DNA from: Raillietiella orientalis
Taxonomy: Eukaryota
Direction of reading: 5' to 3'
Assembly (NCBI GenBank): GCA_036172245.1
Contig: JAYWIR010000053.1
Location: 434,001 to 498,000, forward strand
Length of the DNA stretch: 64,000 nt
Shown: positions 24,301 to 37,584 of the stretch, piece after piece
Layout: the number at the start of each line of letters is the position of its first letter
Numbering within the stretch: the stretch's first letter is position 1
Made by a program: the position numbers and the translations under genes
Notes under the pieces: model-generated
Database searches by the model: none
What the model was told of the DNA's origin: nothing
Seen by the model: only the letters and a program-made list of their open reading frames with translations

Positions 24301-27300
24301 CTCATAAACCAAGGCGGCTGCTGCTGCGTGGAAGGATCTTGCGTTTGCAATTCATTTTTTCGAATTCAACTTTCGTGAACTGCTCGACAGAATTCCAAAC
24401 AATTTAACAAAACAGACTTCGTCTCTTTACACGAAGACATTATAGTTTTGTCTTTTGTTGTGTCAATGTCCACATGTGGAGGAGCCAGTCGTTCCTAACC
24501 AGGCCATTTGCTACAGAGTGGTCTCGTTGTTACTGGAAAGGTTCGCATGGCCTCCAACTGCCGTGAGCCATGGTCCATTTCCGGCTTGACGATTACCAGC
24601 GAATAAGTTTCGGAACACACCTGTCGTGACGCAGATGGGTATACCGAGGAGAACGTCCAACGGAAATCTCCCCCAGCGTCCGTGTGCCACGTCGCCATGC
24701 AAGGCAGACATGAAGCACTGGGCTCCACAAGAGTGGATTCGCCACTGGAGGACGCAGTGCCAGCGCCAACGGGGAGAAAACGACCGAGTACGCCACAAGC
24801 GCCGAAGTCCGTGCTCGTGGATTGAAAGAATTCTGATAAAAAAAAAAAAAAAAAAAAAAGACAAAGTTGTGTGACTTTTGTCGCGTGGGGAAGAGGAATC
24901 GAAAAGAAAGTTCATGGATGTTGCATCGTAGTACAGTGATTGGATGAGTTCGAAGAACGAGCTGTTCACCTGCTGATTTCGTTTTGGATTAGCAGGAGTA
25001 ATCATAAAGCTGATGGTAATGAGCTTTCAGTTGACTCTGCCTGTCACAGAAGAAAGGACATAGTCGTACCAGAGCAAAGATTTAGATTAAAGTGTTGATT
25101 GGCTGTCCAGTGGGCAGCACTGTCCTGCAGCCATGCAGTGGCGGATTCCTCGATTGCTTTGTAGAATGCTGGCACGGCTCGCATGGCAAGGAAGCGTCTC
25201 CTGCGATTCATCTCCCGTGCATCTGTGGATTTAAAAAAACAAATTTCACTGGCAGGAATTTTAACTCTTTTATGGACGGCGGTTTTTCGCGGTCCTTTCC
25301 TAGAAATAACCCTCCTGTTTTCACAGCTTCTCTCGTGGCTATGCGTGCGATGCGTTTTCCTACCCCTTTCTGTTGCACTCTCTGGGGGGTCTTGTTCCTA
25401 GTCAGGCACCTGAAACCTTCTCCGCAGCCCTGGTAACTTCAGCATTTGTCATCGAAAGCCGTGCTCTTCCTCCTTCGCCTTCAAGCACTCCTCAAGGCTC
25501 GATGCCATAGGAGATTGAAGGTTCGTGCTGTGCTATCCTACACATAGGTCGAGACCGTGACATCTGTTACGTCACTGATGTTTAGTGGAAGCGAAAGAAG
25601 CGGGGGTGATGCATTCTTTTCGAGCAGTTGAGCATGCTGTGAGCCATGATCTGAATCAGTGTTGAAAGGAAATGCATAACCGATGTTTTTCCGTTTATCC
25701 GTGCGCCTGTTATCGGCAGAGACAACAGACGTTGCCGCGAGGACCATTGCTTGGATCTCAGCATCTGAAAACACGGATTCTCTTGTACTGTGTCTTCATT
25801 TCTAGTATCGAGTTCCTAACGGTATCTTCTTTCGACCGGCTGTTGGTGTACCAGCAGCATTGGCTCGGCGCGCAGCTGCCATCGACTGCTGAGCTTTCCG
25901 TTTTCTTGGAGTTCCACCGACGGCCAGTTTTGTCACCGGGATCCTGTCGAAGTCACTCCGCGTTTTTCATGAGGAATCCCACTAGGTAGTTTCGAGTGCC
26001 CCAGCTGCATTCTCGTTTACCCGGACGTTTCGTGGTTCGCGACGCCTCCTTCAATTTTATTGGCGGGATGGCGCTATGGAGGCTGCTTTTTAGTGGTCTT
26101 CGGTGTAGCGCCGTTTCCTATGCGGAACAAGGGAACGCAAGAGTTCCGTTTCCGGCATCGGTTCTGCATGAGCTTTTGCGTCGGGGCAGCGTTCCGCACG
26201 CTGCAAGCCCCATCAGTGGGCTGAATAAACATCAGCAGCAGCCTTTTTTTTTTTTTCGATCCTCGAACCATCGAGCACTCCATCGTCAGAGTCACATCGG
26301 ATGGTCTTTCCTCTGCATGCGCAAGAGACCCCTCTTCGCTCTTCACTTCTCAAGGGAAATTTTTTTTTAAAGGGAGGGCAGGAGATTTATTAGGGGGGGA
26401 TTCGGATATGTGTGTTTTCGTATGGTAGTTTGGGAAATGACACGTTGGACTGATGCTCCTTTGTGGTTGTCAACACCTGCTAGAAGAAGGTCGGAAGCCC
26501 GCCTCATTGCCTCGTCCAGGCACGTCCGAGGGAACTCGTGGGCTGGAAGTAGGAGCAAAAGACCTCGGCGGATTGCCCTCGGCTATCCGGCACCAGATTT
26601 GCAAAAGCTGCTGTCGCTCGCCGCAACGAGCTGGTAAACTGGTAGGGCTTCATCGTTTCTGGCTCCCGTTTTTCGGTCGCTTTGCGATGATGATGCCAAC
26701 CACTTGGTTTGGCGTCTCCCTGCTGCGTGAGGCATTCCTCTATCGTTAAGTAATTGTACTTCCTGTTGTATCATACTGTTGTTTGGAGGTCAGTTACCCC
26801 AATCGGGCGAGGTCTTGTCCGAGGACTTCACGAGGACAAGCAGCGCCCATGTGTGTACGCTGTACAGTTGCTCGTTTTCAGCCGTGTTCTCCCGTCGTAC
26901 AAGACAGGCAGGCAATTCTGATTTTGATGGTCTTCCCAGCGCAGCAACTTGCCTACTGTGACCATTCCGTGTTCAGCTCGTCTACACGGAAGGTCAAGGG
27001 AAACTCGGTTTGCGATTTCGAGTTTCTGGGTCGTCCACCTTGTTCTCCCAGATGCTTGTGTTCGTTCCGACCAGACCGAAAGGGTGTCTGTGGCATTTCG
27101 TCACCGCTTCTGACGATCGACTGTCGTTTCGCACTTAACCTTTCTGTGAGGGGCCATGCAGGCTTCAGAGGTCGAGTTTTGAAATGCGTGTTCTCTTGCT
27201 GTTCCCTCGCATCGCCCTTTGATACACTAGGGTGTGTGTGCACAGAGGTCACGTGTTCGCAAAGCACGGGTGCCGGTTTTTCGGTAACGTTGAACCTTCG

Positions 27301-29768
27301 CTAGCACAGGTTCGCAAGTTTTTTCATGAGCAGAGGTTTGCCTTGTGACACTCCTAGGTATGAGGCCCGGAACTGGATCAGAATGAAAATAATGATCTCG
27401 AATGATCACAAATTTTTCAGTCCTCTTTTCTTTTTTTCCGGGTTGCTTGCGAGTTGCTTGGAGGACCAGGTTCGTCGCAGCGCGGCCTGGACTTTCCTCT
27501 TCGCACGTTTACGACCAAACTCCCGATACGCGTGGGTGACGCGTTCTCGGGATCGCCGGGTGCGTTGGAATTCGCGGGACGCCTGTTCCGAGGGACCGGC
27601 GGCGATGTCAGTTTGAACGCAGGTCGGAACGACTCCTTTCCGTTGCTCTGCCTCGTGGGGCGGAGTTTCCGTGGTTCCTGATGCGCCTTGCCAGCGCTGT
27701 TGGGACTGTCTTTCGCTGTTTTCGGCGGATTTCCCCCTTTCCCCGCTTTCGCGAGGCGCGCGTGAGATGAGCGTTCAGGGTTCAAAGGCACTTGACTAAC
27801 GCGTCACAGAGTGGATCTCCGAAGGACAGCTCTGCAGACGCACCCTCCCGCATCTGACGCAGTCGGTACTTTCCGTGGGCGCGGTTCCTTTGCGGGCGGG
27901 GTTTTGGTGATTTTTTCCCGCGTCTTGTGACAACAGGATAAGAGGGGAGGCAGCGGTTCCTCGCGGGGAAGGACGCGCGCATGATGGGCTCCGCACGGTC
28001 TCCGACGGCTGCGGAGTCGCAGCTGCTCCTACGGCCCCGGACTCACGAACTGCGTTCCAGGTTCAAGCAAAAAGGCCTGCTGGGCGAGGTCCAGTCTTAC
28101 CTGAGGTACTGCCTGATCCAGACCCTGCAGAGCAAGTGCTCTCACAAGAAGACGGCGCAGCTGGTCTCCCCGATAAAGTGCGCCCTCAACTGGCTCGTTG
28201 CCGAACACCTGCTCGCCAGCGGTTACTTTTATTCCCTGTCCGTGCTGAAGAGCGAGGCTCCGGCCCTGCAGGAGTTTCCGGATGCACCCGATCCCAAGAG
28301 GAAGCGGGTCGGCGTTCTCAGGTGGACGACGGGCAAGGCGGAGTGCCAGCGAAACGCGCAGGAGATCCTGGAGTCGTTCGGGCTCGGTCGGGATAGCGAC
28401 GCCAGCCACTTCATCCTAAGCAGCTACGAGGAAGGCGAGGACTCCCTCCTGCTCTGCATGCTGAGGTCCCTGCACCACTTGCTCCCCGACCCCACCACCG
28501 AGAAGCTGAACTCTCGGATCTGCGAGGCGGAGAGGAAGGCCAAGCTGCTCGAGGAGAAGGTCAAGATAGTGTCGGAATCGGAAAGACGCTTCCAGGAGTT
28601 GCAGAGGAGCTTGGACGTCAGGAATAACAGGAAAGCGGGCGAGGAACTGAGTAGGTTGGAGGCTGAGCGTCCGCGTCGAACCGCACGCCACGAATCTTCC
28701 CGGCAGGCGGAAGCTGGAGGAGGAGACGGAGCGGTTGAGGGAGGAGCAGCGGAAGCACGTGGAAGCGATCGAGCGGGAAAAGGAGATGCTGGAGAAGAGC
28801 TACAAGGGCAGATTGGAGGGTCTTCAGCGGGACGCGGAGCAGAGCGAAAAAAAGCTGAATGAAGAGTACCGGATGAAGGAGGACGAGCTATACCGGCAGC
28901 GTCAGGAAGTGCTGAAGGCTGTGGAGCAGCTGAGGCACTGGAAAGGCCAGCTGGAGGCCCGGCTGACCCTCTGCGAGACCCAGGAGCTCCAGGCGTTGCA
29001 GAGCAAGGAGGCCCTGGTCAGGCGGGCGCGGAGCCACGTGCTCAGCAGCGCGCCGGCAACGCCTTTCCTCCTGCGGGCTCAGCCCGAAGGGTGAGTCTGC
29101 TCGCCCGCTCCCCGGCCGCGTTGCGGGACCGTCCGCCTTCCAGGACTCAAGACACGGGGTCTGTCCGTCCTCTCGCCGTCGCCACCAGGTCCACGGGCGT
29201 CCAGGCGGAGGAAGCCGAGACGCCTGACGCCGGGGACCAGGTCACTCAACCCGAGCGCTTCCTCTGGGAATCCCAGCAGCGAATCCGCACGCTGGAAGAG
29301 CAGGCGCGAAAGTTGCAACTGAGCTACCAGAGCTCGCGTCAGCGCCTGCTGCTGCGGCCACCCGCCTCCGCCGCTGGCCTGTGCTCCAATGCAGCGGCGA
29401 GGACACTGGCCACTTGGAGCGCCTCCGAGAAGCCTTCCCCTCCGAGGAGGGTGCCGCGGCCAGCGGCGTGGCCGCAGCCTCACCTCGCGGACCTCGACGC
29501 GACATCGAGCGAGGGTGCCGACCGCGGAGGAGACCCAGCTTCGCATCCTACTCCGGAGCATAGGGTGGTTTCCGGCGGGGACAGGGACCTCAACCTCGAG
29601 TCGGAGGTGATGGACAGCTCCAGGGCCATGCCCCCTCCTGCAGCCAGCAGCGGTTCCAACCGCAGAAGGATTTCTCAGGCGGAGGTCATCGGTGCCATCG
29701 TGAGGTCCCAGGCGGCTACGGAGGACCACGGCTGCTCGCTCTCCTCTCACGACAGCGAGGCTTGGTGA
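21307..29768 (+). CDS. OFD1: OFD1-like centriolar protein (LisH domain plus coiled coils), ~556 aa, 4 coding exons
   Basis: Exon 1 21307-21374 (MTSDHENSKPLTVEDFSKKLQLW, GTAAGG donor, phase 2) joins 28061 (FKQKGLLGEVQSYLR), matching OFD1 [24 protein letters not shown]. LisH motif NWLVAEHLLASGYFYSLSVLKSEA. Exons 28061-28654, 28707-29090, 29144-29768 sum to an open frame. The C-terminus is less certain. Confidence 0.85.
23650..24400 (-). mobile_element. RTE-like non-LTR remnant (post-RT region) in OFD1 intron 1
   Basis: QLINLGS (~YLGS), then AMEYRG...LKNMNAFNM...W, resembling YG.E.W...L..F.MRCLR..I.W. Confidence 0.4.
25050..25900 (+). mobile_element. Degenerate non-LTR RT core in OFD1 intron 1
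   Basis: Ordered motifs SGGF, SVDLKK, TPQGS and YVTD (~YADD). Confidence 0.45.
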
Positions 29769-29981
29769 CCGCAGAGGGGGTCAGGGAAGAAAAAAATAAC
29801 TCCTCTTCCGGTTCCTTCACCCGTCGCCAGGGCGATTGCGGCGGGGGCGGCGCTCCCCTCTCCGTTGTCAGCAGGGTGTTGGGCTTGCAGCGCTGGCTGC
29901 CCAACTGGGGTGTGACATCCTCACTGACCCGAGTTCACCTTTCGTTTCACAGCGGCGGTGGACGGTTGCGTTTCTCTCCAG

Positions 29982-32900
29982 GCGTTCCCGGAACCGATCC
30001 TCTTCCCGAGCGACAGAGTCCCGATAGAAATAAAGCTGTGCGTCCCTCGCTTCCCTTCCTTGCGACCCTCAACCTACGAGTGCATGAAGTCCAGTAAGAG
30101 GGGAGGTGGCGGTGCCCTACTCCCCGGTCGAACCCGCGCTCTCTGCTGCTTCCAGTTGCGTTGGGTCACCTGAAAGGCGAGGCCTACGGCAAGCTGAAGC
30201 GCCGTTACGAGCGGCTGGTCCAGGAGGAAGACGCGGACGACTCGCTTGCGCTCCTGTACGCTGGCGTCTTCTCCTTGTTCCACGCTGCTCTGCGCCTACC
30301 TCCGATGTCCGTGTCTAAGGACGCCCTCGGGAGCGAGCTGTCCGTGCTGGGGTGGGTGCGACCGCCCGTCCCGACCACATCGGTACTACCGTGGATCTCA
30401 AAAAGTCTTCCAGAGTCCGTTGTCGAGGACTTCTGCATGACGGTGGTGGGTCCAGAGCGTTCCCACTTGCAGGGAACCCTTGTCATGGCCTGCCCGACGC
30501 TTCCGGTCATCCGCTGCTTGAAGTGGAAGCTCGACATTACCTTGATGTCCAGGTAGTCTGGCTTTGGGCTCTTTTGAATCCTCTCCTCCGACGTTCGGCG
30601 GCTTTCCCCTCTCCCTACAGTAACTCCCATCGAAACCTGCTGCTGCCTACCTATCGTTTTCTTGTTGAGCACCGCAGACCCTCAATGACTGGCCTGTGTG
30701 TTGCAGCGTCGAGCAATGCGTACGTAAGCTGAGGGACCTTTCTCGTTTCCCTCTTCAATCCTCTGTTCCTACAACGTGGATTTTTCTCTTCGTTTTCGCT
30801 AACCCTTACGGCATTGCAGAACATCACATATGTGCTGACCCTCTTCATATTCACGATGCGCGTGAGTCCGTAAGTTGCTAGCTATGGGGACTCCTCCCGA
30901 TACAGGATTGCCAAGTGATTTATATGATGAAAGAGGCGACGTAAAAGTATTCAACCAATAATAATTAACATCTTGAATATATTCATTGCATGCGACACGC
31001 AGTGGTACATATGTTTTCGATTAAATTGAATGGAATGGTCACGTGTGCGCGAGCATCAAAGGAACGAAAAACGACGGTCCAATCCCTATCGAGAGGTTAA
31101 TTCTCCTGTCTTCACCCTGCGCAGCCCCCGAATAACAGCTTCCGCAGGTCTCCCAATGGTTTGACGATGAAATTTCGAGAATAGGAAATTCATCCAACCT
31201 TGCCAGCCTCCAATCACCTCATTCCTCTCAGTGGCGTACCTTCAATCAAAGAGTGAAGAACACCGCGCTCACTACTCTACTCTCGAAGGTGGACCAACTC
31301 GAGCTAGCTGACCCGCTCATCTGTTTCCCGATTCTGAAGCCCTCGCCACCTCCGGTCTTACTTTTCCTATCTTCGCCTTTCCCCGTGTAATGATCTTCAC
31401 GTATCTGGGCCTTTACGAATGAGTGGCCGAAGCACTAGGACAGCACGGAAGCCAGTCTGATCTCTGATCGCCCTTTGCCTTTTCCTACCTCTCCATCTAC
31501 CCGGTCATGTCACCCTTTCCTTACAATGAAGTATTCCTTGGTTCAAACAATCGCACTTACCCCATTTTTATCCACATGCAGCTTCTTGATCAAGCAACCG
31601 CAGTTACCCGGATCCTTCAGATTAATCACAAGCTTAGAATGAAGAACGATCCCAACCTAACCCACTCCCCTTCAGAATGGATCCTCACAAATGACCTCAC
31701 AACACTTTTGATGCTGCGACCACGGATGAAATGAAGCAGCGAATCCGGTTGAATTGAGTTGCTCGGCGGATGGACGCACCGGAAACGCGCGCGAGGGACC
31801 TTTCCCCTCCTCCGTTCGGATTGCGCGTTCGCGCACTTTGGACCGCTCCGGAGGCATTCCGGAGGTTGGCGGGTCTGGCGTCTGTCTCGAGATTCGTTGT
31901 TGATGGGACGCGCAGGTGGCACGCCGGTGGGCTCAGATGTCCACATCTGGTCCTGCCGCCCGTATTTTCCAACGACGCCATGCCTGACCGATCTCTGGCG
32001 GGAGGAGAGCTGCCGAGGGCGCATTCGACGGAAACGCGCGAGCAGCCTTTCCCCTCCGCCGGTCGGGGGCAGAGGAACATGCGCGTGCCGCGGACGACCG
32101 AGCGTGTCGAGACGCGCATTCGTCCTGTCCTCACGCCTCCAAAGAAGCGCGTTCCGAGGTGACCAGAACCCTCGACCTCGGGCGTAGGGAAAGAACGCAC
32201 ACAGATCGGTCGGCTGCGCCGAACCGAATCGCCAAGGCGCCTCCGCGCTGCCTTCCAGGCGAGAAGCCGTTTGACATCACCTGGGCTTCGCCAGAGGTGG
32301 ACCCGCTGCTGCACACGCCGCGTACCCAGGTCTTCGTGCTTCGTGATTTGTTTTTTTTTTTCGTCTTGAAAAAGGCCACAGGTGCGCGCCGCTGCTAGTG
32401 GGCCTTGCGGAAAACGGGCCGCATCTCTCGCGAAGTCCTTCGTGGCTGCGTACGACGCGTACGGGGGAAGTGGGGAAGGACCGACTCTCCTGTGCACGAG
32501 TAGCGGGAAGGGCGGCCCATCACGGTCCCCACGGCGGAGGCGTTGCTTTGGAAGCACGTCCTCTGCGCTCGGAGTTGGTGCGCCACTCACCCTCTTCCGT
32601 CCGAGCGGGAGAACGCTGTCGTACCAGCTTATAGCAGCTTCTGCAGCGGGTCAGCCCCGCCTGCTCCTCCCTTGATGCGAGCCGCGCACCAGACGAGCGG
32701 TGGTGCCTGTGCTCCTGGCATCTTGACTCAAGGCGACATCCCGGTGGACGATCACGGCATCTTACGCGTGGCTACACTTACTGCAAGGCGCGCGACATCC
32801 GTTCCCTTACCCAAGGTGGAGGGCAGGGCCGAGGCGCAGGCGCTCTCGATCCCAAGTTCCTCGCCCGCGGGGCCTCTTTTTCGCCTCACCCTGCGCTTCT

Positions 32901-33246
32901 TCCGCGCCCTGCGCAGACGGTATCTGGGAGTCGTCGGGGTCGCCCCCGGGTCTACCAGTCACTCTCCCTCTTCCTCCCGGAGGAGGGCCGGAAGCCGCGA
33001 TGATCGTCGCTCGTGAACTCGGAAGCTTCTCATTCGAATGTTTTTTTTTTTTTTTTCACCTCCGCCCCCGGGAGCAGTTCGCCCGAAGAGACCGCGGGGC
33101 CCTCCGTCATCCTCGCCATCATGGACAGCACCGGGAAGCAAAGGACGCTGAAGTTCTCCCACCAGATGTTGCAGGAGCTGCGGTTCCACCTGGCGGCTCT
33201 GCTGCGAGACATGGCTGTGGCGGAGGGCAAGTTCGCCCTCCGCTGA
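29982..33246 (+). CDS. COMMD5: COMM domain-containing protein 5, 5' start exon not located
   Basis: Exons 29982-30093, 30156-30351, 30406-30552, 33078-33246 join in frame: ILFPSDRVPIEI...LALLYAGVFSLFHAALRLPPMS...LPESVVEDF...LKWKLDITL...PSVILAI...LQELRFHLAALLRDM. This matches COMMD5 LGALLAGMHTLLQQALRLPP, FRWRVDVAI and FQELRYSVALVLKEM. Confidence 0.92.
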
Positions 33247-33549
33247 CTCGGCGCGCGCGCGAAATACACCGCACGTGCCATTCACATGGGGCCTTCCTGT
33301 CGCTCCCCCTCTCCTCCCGGCCTTCCCGCTCGCCCTGGAAACGGGACAGCGGCTGGTGGAGGCGCTTTCCGGGTTCGCAGGAGGGAATGGGTCCGCGCGC
33401 CCAGGTCCGGGGGTAGGGCATCCTAGCGCATCCCTGCGGACGGGAGATGCACCTCACCTCCGGGGCCATTGGCAGCCCTCCCAGAGGAGGGGACGGAGGA
33501 CGCACCCGCCGCTGTTCCACAAGGACTCTGACTCCTCCTGGACCTCTTC

Positions 33550-34250
33550 GACCAAGGAGAGCGGCCTTCCGCATGCCTTTCTCTGGCGGGCCACGCGCAG
33601 GAGAGCCCTTTCTATGCTTCTTCCTCCACCCTCTTCTATGTGCTTTCTATCTCTCTTCCTCCGCTCCTCTTCTATGCCGCCCTCCAGTGGCTCCTGCGGC
33701 GGGGCAGGTGAGCGGTGGTCCAGAGTACACCAGTGCCACTCCCCTTGGCGCGTCCTGCGGGAAAGCAGGTGCCGAGTTGTCCACGACGGAGCCAGAGGGA
33801 GATGCCATGCCTCAGCGACCCCGACGCGCAAGTCGGGCGGAAGTTCGATCTACCTGGTGGTCGACTTCTTCTACAGCTTCCCTCCAGATTGCTGGGGCCC
33901 GTCGGAGCAGGAGGGAAGAGGAATCGAGGTGACCTTGACCTCTTCCTGAACCTTTGGTGGATGACAGCAGCCTGCTCCGCGAGCGCCCTCAGTTTTGGCA
34001 AACAACACTGGCCCTGGAGGGTGAATCGGGCATTGCCTTCGGGCACCCGACGTGGACCTCAAAGTGCCGGACCGCGGGCTGGCTTCGCCGTTTCCGAAAC
34101 CACATCCCGCTGCTGGCGACGTACCGCTTTCAAGTGCGAGAGCCCAACCGCCGTGGCGTAGCCGGTCCTGCCTTCCGGTGCGCCCCCTCATCGGAGGCCG
34201 CAGGCTACATCGATTCCTCCGTTCCGACGTGTTGGGTGGCGTTCTAGGTC
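33550..34250 (+). mobile_element. Possible degenerate APE endonuclease remnant
   Basis: Weak ordered motifs FYA/MPP, YLVVDF (~GDFN) and NHIPLLA (~SDH.P). Confidence 0.25.
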
Positions 34251-34799
34251 CTGGGGCGATCCCTCGCTGTTCTGGAGCCGAACGCGGAACCTCCTCCCGC
34301 ATTGGACTGGAGGCTATGGTCATCCGCTTGCCAAGTTCTCCGTGGCTCTTTCCGTGAGCGAAGCAGAGCGACCGAGTCGTCTGGACCAACGTTCTCTCCC
34401 CCCCCTTCACCTCGTAGGTCATCCGTCCGAGAGAATGGAAGCGAGCGGCGCTCAAGGCGAGAGTGCACGCTTTTTGTTTGCCGGGCACGATAAGAGAACC
34501 AGAAAGGAACAGGAAAGAGGGTTTCGTCCAACCCGGGAACATCTGACTTTTTCGAGGGATGGTTGAACGACGGGGGGACTGGAAGTTGTCCCCCCGTCGT
34601 TCAACCACCCCGAAGAGGCTCTCCATCCTGAAGAGGCTCACGTTGCGAGGACTTCCCCATGACTTCAGAGAAGATGAGACACGTTAGAACTCCAAGAAAA
34701 TGGGAACGCCCACGGTCACATCAGTTAGAAGGAAACCGCAGGTAGCTGGAAAGCGGGGATGCACGCGATCCGATCTTCAGGTTCCTTAACATGATGTCA

Positions 34800-36350
34800 T
34801 GACTCCTGCTATGCAGTTCTGTTTCCTCCATCCACTCCGACTGCGGATCCTGTCGTCTGTCTTATACCTTCGGAACTGAACCTTGCACTCACCCTTACCT
34901 GTTGCCAGTTCTTGGTCATAATCTGGACCGAACCCTGGTTCTGCTTGCTGCACGCCCTCTCCATGATTGGTGCAACTGGCTCATGCGGCATCTGCACCAC
35001 TTATCCTTTCACCTGTCCAGCCTCCAGAAGCTGTAACATCATCCAGTCTTCCGTTCTCCTTTCTAAATGTTTGCCGGTTTTCTCTCTACAGCGCTCCTGT
35101 CGTTCTCACTCTCAGCAACTAACCGCAATTTCGTCCACTTGATCCTAAGACCGCTCCCCACCTCGCCTTTCCTAAGATCGCATAAGTCAACGCGTGCACC
35201 GCCAGTGCTCCCTATAGCTATCATCCGCAAAAGCTGGTTTGCATCTCAGCATGCCTAACAGTCCACAGCCGAAGGGAGGTCGAGAAGGAATCGCGAAGGT
35301 ACGACGACGAATGCTGCTGGGCGGCATAGACTGAGCCAGGCACTTTAAGGCACGCCTGCAGTTTGCGAGCTGCCACACAAGCGAAAGATCACCAAGACTG
35401 CACCGGGGAACTTCCATCCCAAGGAGAGTGTCTTTTGATCCACAGATGAGTTGCATGTGGAGTGACTCAGTTTCATACAATATCATAGGAATGCGAGCAT
35501 TGGGCCAGTTCCGAGTGAAATAAATAAGATGGGTGTTTCTTGACTTCCGAGTGCTGAAAGCACCTCTTCTTTTCAATGTCTTCATTTCATGTTTGCACCT
35601 TCGAAACAAGTAGAAGTAGGAAAGCAAGGCAAACATGCCTTTCCCGAACGACTGCGCATGTATCTCCGTGAGGCCGAATCTCATCGTAGTTTATGTAGTG
35701 GCATTATTTTGGCGGGCACCTCCTCCCCTGCCAACAGCGTTTATTAGTGGGAGTTCCAGTTTATTAGACGTGGTTCGAATCACGGGTGAGCTGGGAAGAA
35801 TCGATCCATCCATACGATGAAAGTTGAATGTAGCCAGCGAAAGCAATTCTTGGAAAACTCGAGTGGGGGAAGCGTGGAATTTCTTTCGGAAACGGAATCC
35901 ACCAGGAAGCAAATTAATGCAACTATCTGATGAATAAAGCATTTCGAAACAAAGCATTTACTCCTCTTCGAAGTGTGTGAATTGGGAACTCATCTCTGGG
36001 GTGAAGATGCTGATCCTACTAATTGCATGCTTAATGAATCCGGGATACAGTGTTTCCTGTGAGGTTTCGAATCATGCGACCTGATAAAGTGGGTAGGTGG
36101 GCACACTGACACTTTACAAATAGTTTCTGCTCCTTCATTTGTTAATGTGGAATTTCTTGTTAGGTTAAAAGACACCAAAGTGGTGCCGATACACTGACGA
36201 ATGTAGTTGTGGCTATCCACAGAGATGCATCAATAGTAGAAATGAATAGAATTTACAATCACATCATTTTGGCTTGCAATTGCATATGTGGTGCAGTCAC
36301 ACACACGTCTCACAAATGTCTGTGTTATATGACAACTTCATACCAAGGAG
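34800..36350 (-). mobile_element. RTE-like non-LTR retrotransposon remnant
   Basis: Ordered motifs CKVSVCPPTHF (~QGC.LSP.LF), MLYSSD (~LYADD), LPLIN (~GL.IN) and IPMILYETES (~PVLLYG.E.W). Confidence 0.45.
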
Positions 36351-36449
36351 CAGTCGTGGTCTTTCTGCAAGCTGCCTGCCGGAAAACGTAGCCTTCCCCC
36401 CCTCCCCCACTTCGTCATCACTCATGCGCTTCCTGTGCGGAAGAGTACC

Positions 36450-37100
36450 TGTGACTCCTTCCTTCGACCCTCAAGTACTTGGGTGTACTGGAAGGAGAGC
36501 CAGGTGGCACTCCCACAGTTTCGGACGCAGAGGACCGAAGGACGTGGGCTCCACTCTCCGGGAGCGACCAAGAGCAGCCCTGAAGAGACAGAGTTCGAAC
36601 GGGGAAGAAAGAGAAGAAGGCCTCCTCTCCTTGAGGCCAGAGCGGGCGGCAGCATTCTCGGCACGCGCCATTGCGGTGGGCAGTTGGTGTGGTGGGACGG
36701 ATCCAGCGACCACTCGGCGGCTTCTCCCCAGAGATATGCGGCGACGACGACCATGACCGCGAGAGGAAGGCGGAATGGTGTCTGGCAGGAGGATCTTCCC
36801 CCCCTCTCTCGCCCCTAGCTGAGGACCCGATTTTGCGAGACGAGAACATCTCAAAAGGGGAAGGAAAGGGTAGCACCGCTCCCTGCGGGGCGGGAAAACG
36901 CCCTCGCTGTGGTCCAAGGCGCATGTGCCGCCTCCCATCTGTCGGCGGAACCGAAAACGTCCGAACTGCAGCAGTCCCTCCCTCTCCTCCTAGTCTTCTG
37001 CTCCCGCAGAGCCTGCGCCCACTCTCCTCCGCCTTCGGGAGATGGACGCGCACCTCCCAAACGTTTTATCCTGCCTCCATGCCCACGGAGAACGAGCTGA
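36450..37100 (+). mobile_element. Degenerate RT core fragment
   Basis: AGGSILGT (~QGSILGP), followed by a frameshifted RYA..DD. Confidence 0.3.
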
Positions 37101-37584
37101 CCATCCCTTCCGGGCTCTAACGATTCGAGTTGAGGAAGAATCGAGCTAGATGAGGTCGCGGGAGGGAACGGAAATCAATGATGCTGATTCTACCACGTGG
37201 AGTAGGCTCTTTTCTCTCGTCCATTGTCTCCATGGATACAAAAAGCAAGAAGAGAGGCGGTGGTATGTGTCCGCGCCCTCTCCCTACGAGCCGGTGTGCT
37301 GCAGGCAGCGGGGAAGGGGAAGGAGAAGGAGGAGGGAGAAAAGGGAGGACATGGAGGTGGCAGTCGAAAGGTGAGGGTCGAAAGAACTTGGCAACCCTGG
37401 AATGTCACGCAGCCTCGCAAAAGGGTCGTGGATGGAGAAGGAAACGGACGCCCGGCTCTGCCCCTTTCTGTCCCCTCATCCCGTCTGGCGCTGTACTCCT
37501 GAGGCTTCCGGGCCGCCTCACTGGGTGGAATGCTCGTCCCCGTCATTGCCCGCAGCTGTCATGCCGAAGAGGCCCGTTTATTGG

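Noticed and set aside
27981..28060. ATG 27981 as the OFD1 start
   Set aside because: A branch point and acceptor at 28060 plus exon 21307-21374 restore the conserved N-terminus. It remains possible only as a minor isoform.
31697..32590. 297-aa minus-strand ORF in the COMMD5 last intron
   Set aside because: Low-information Arg/Pro/Gly-rich translation crossing a homopolymer run, with no homology recognised.
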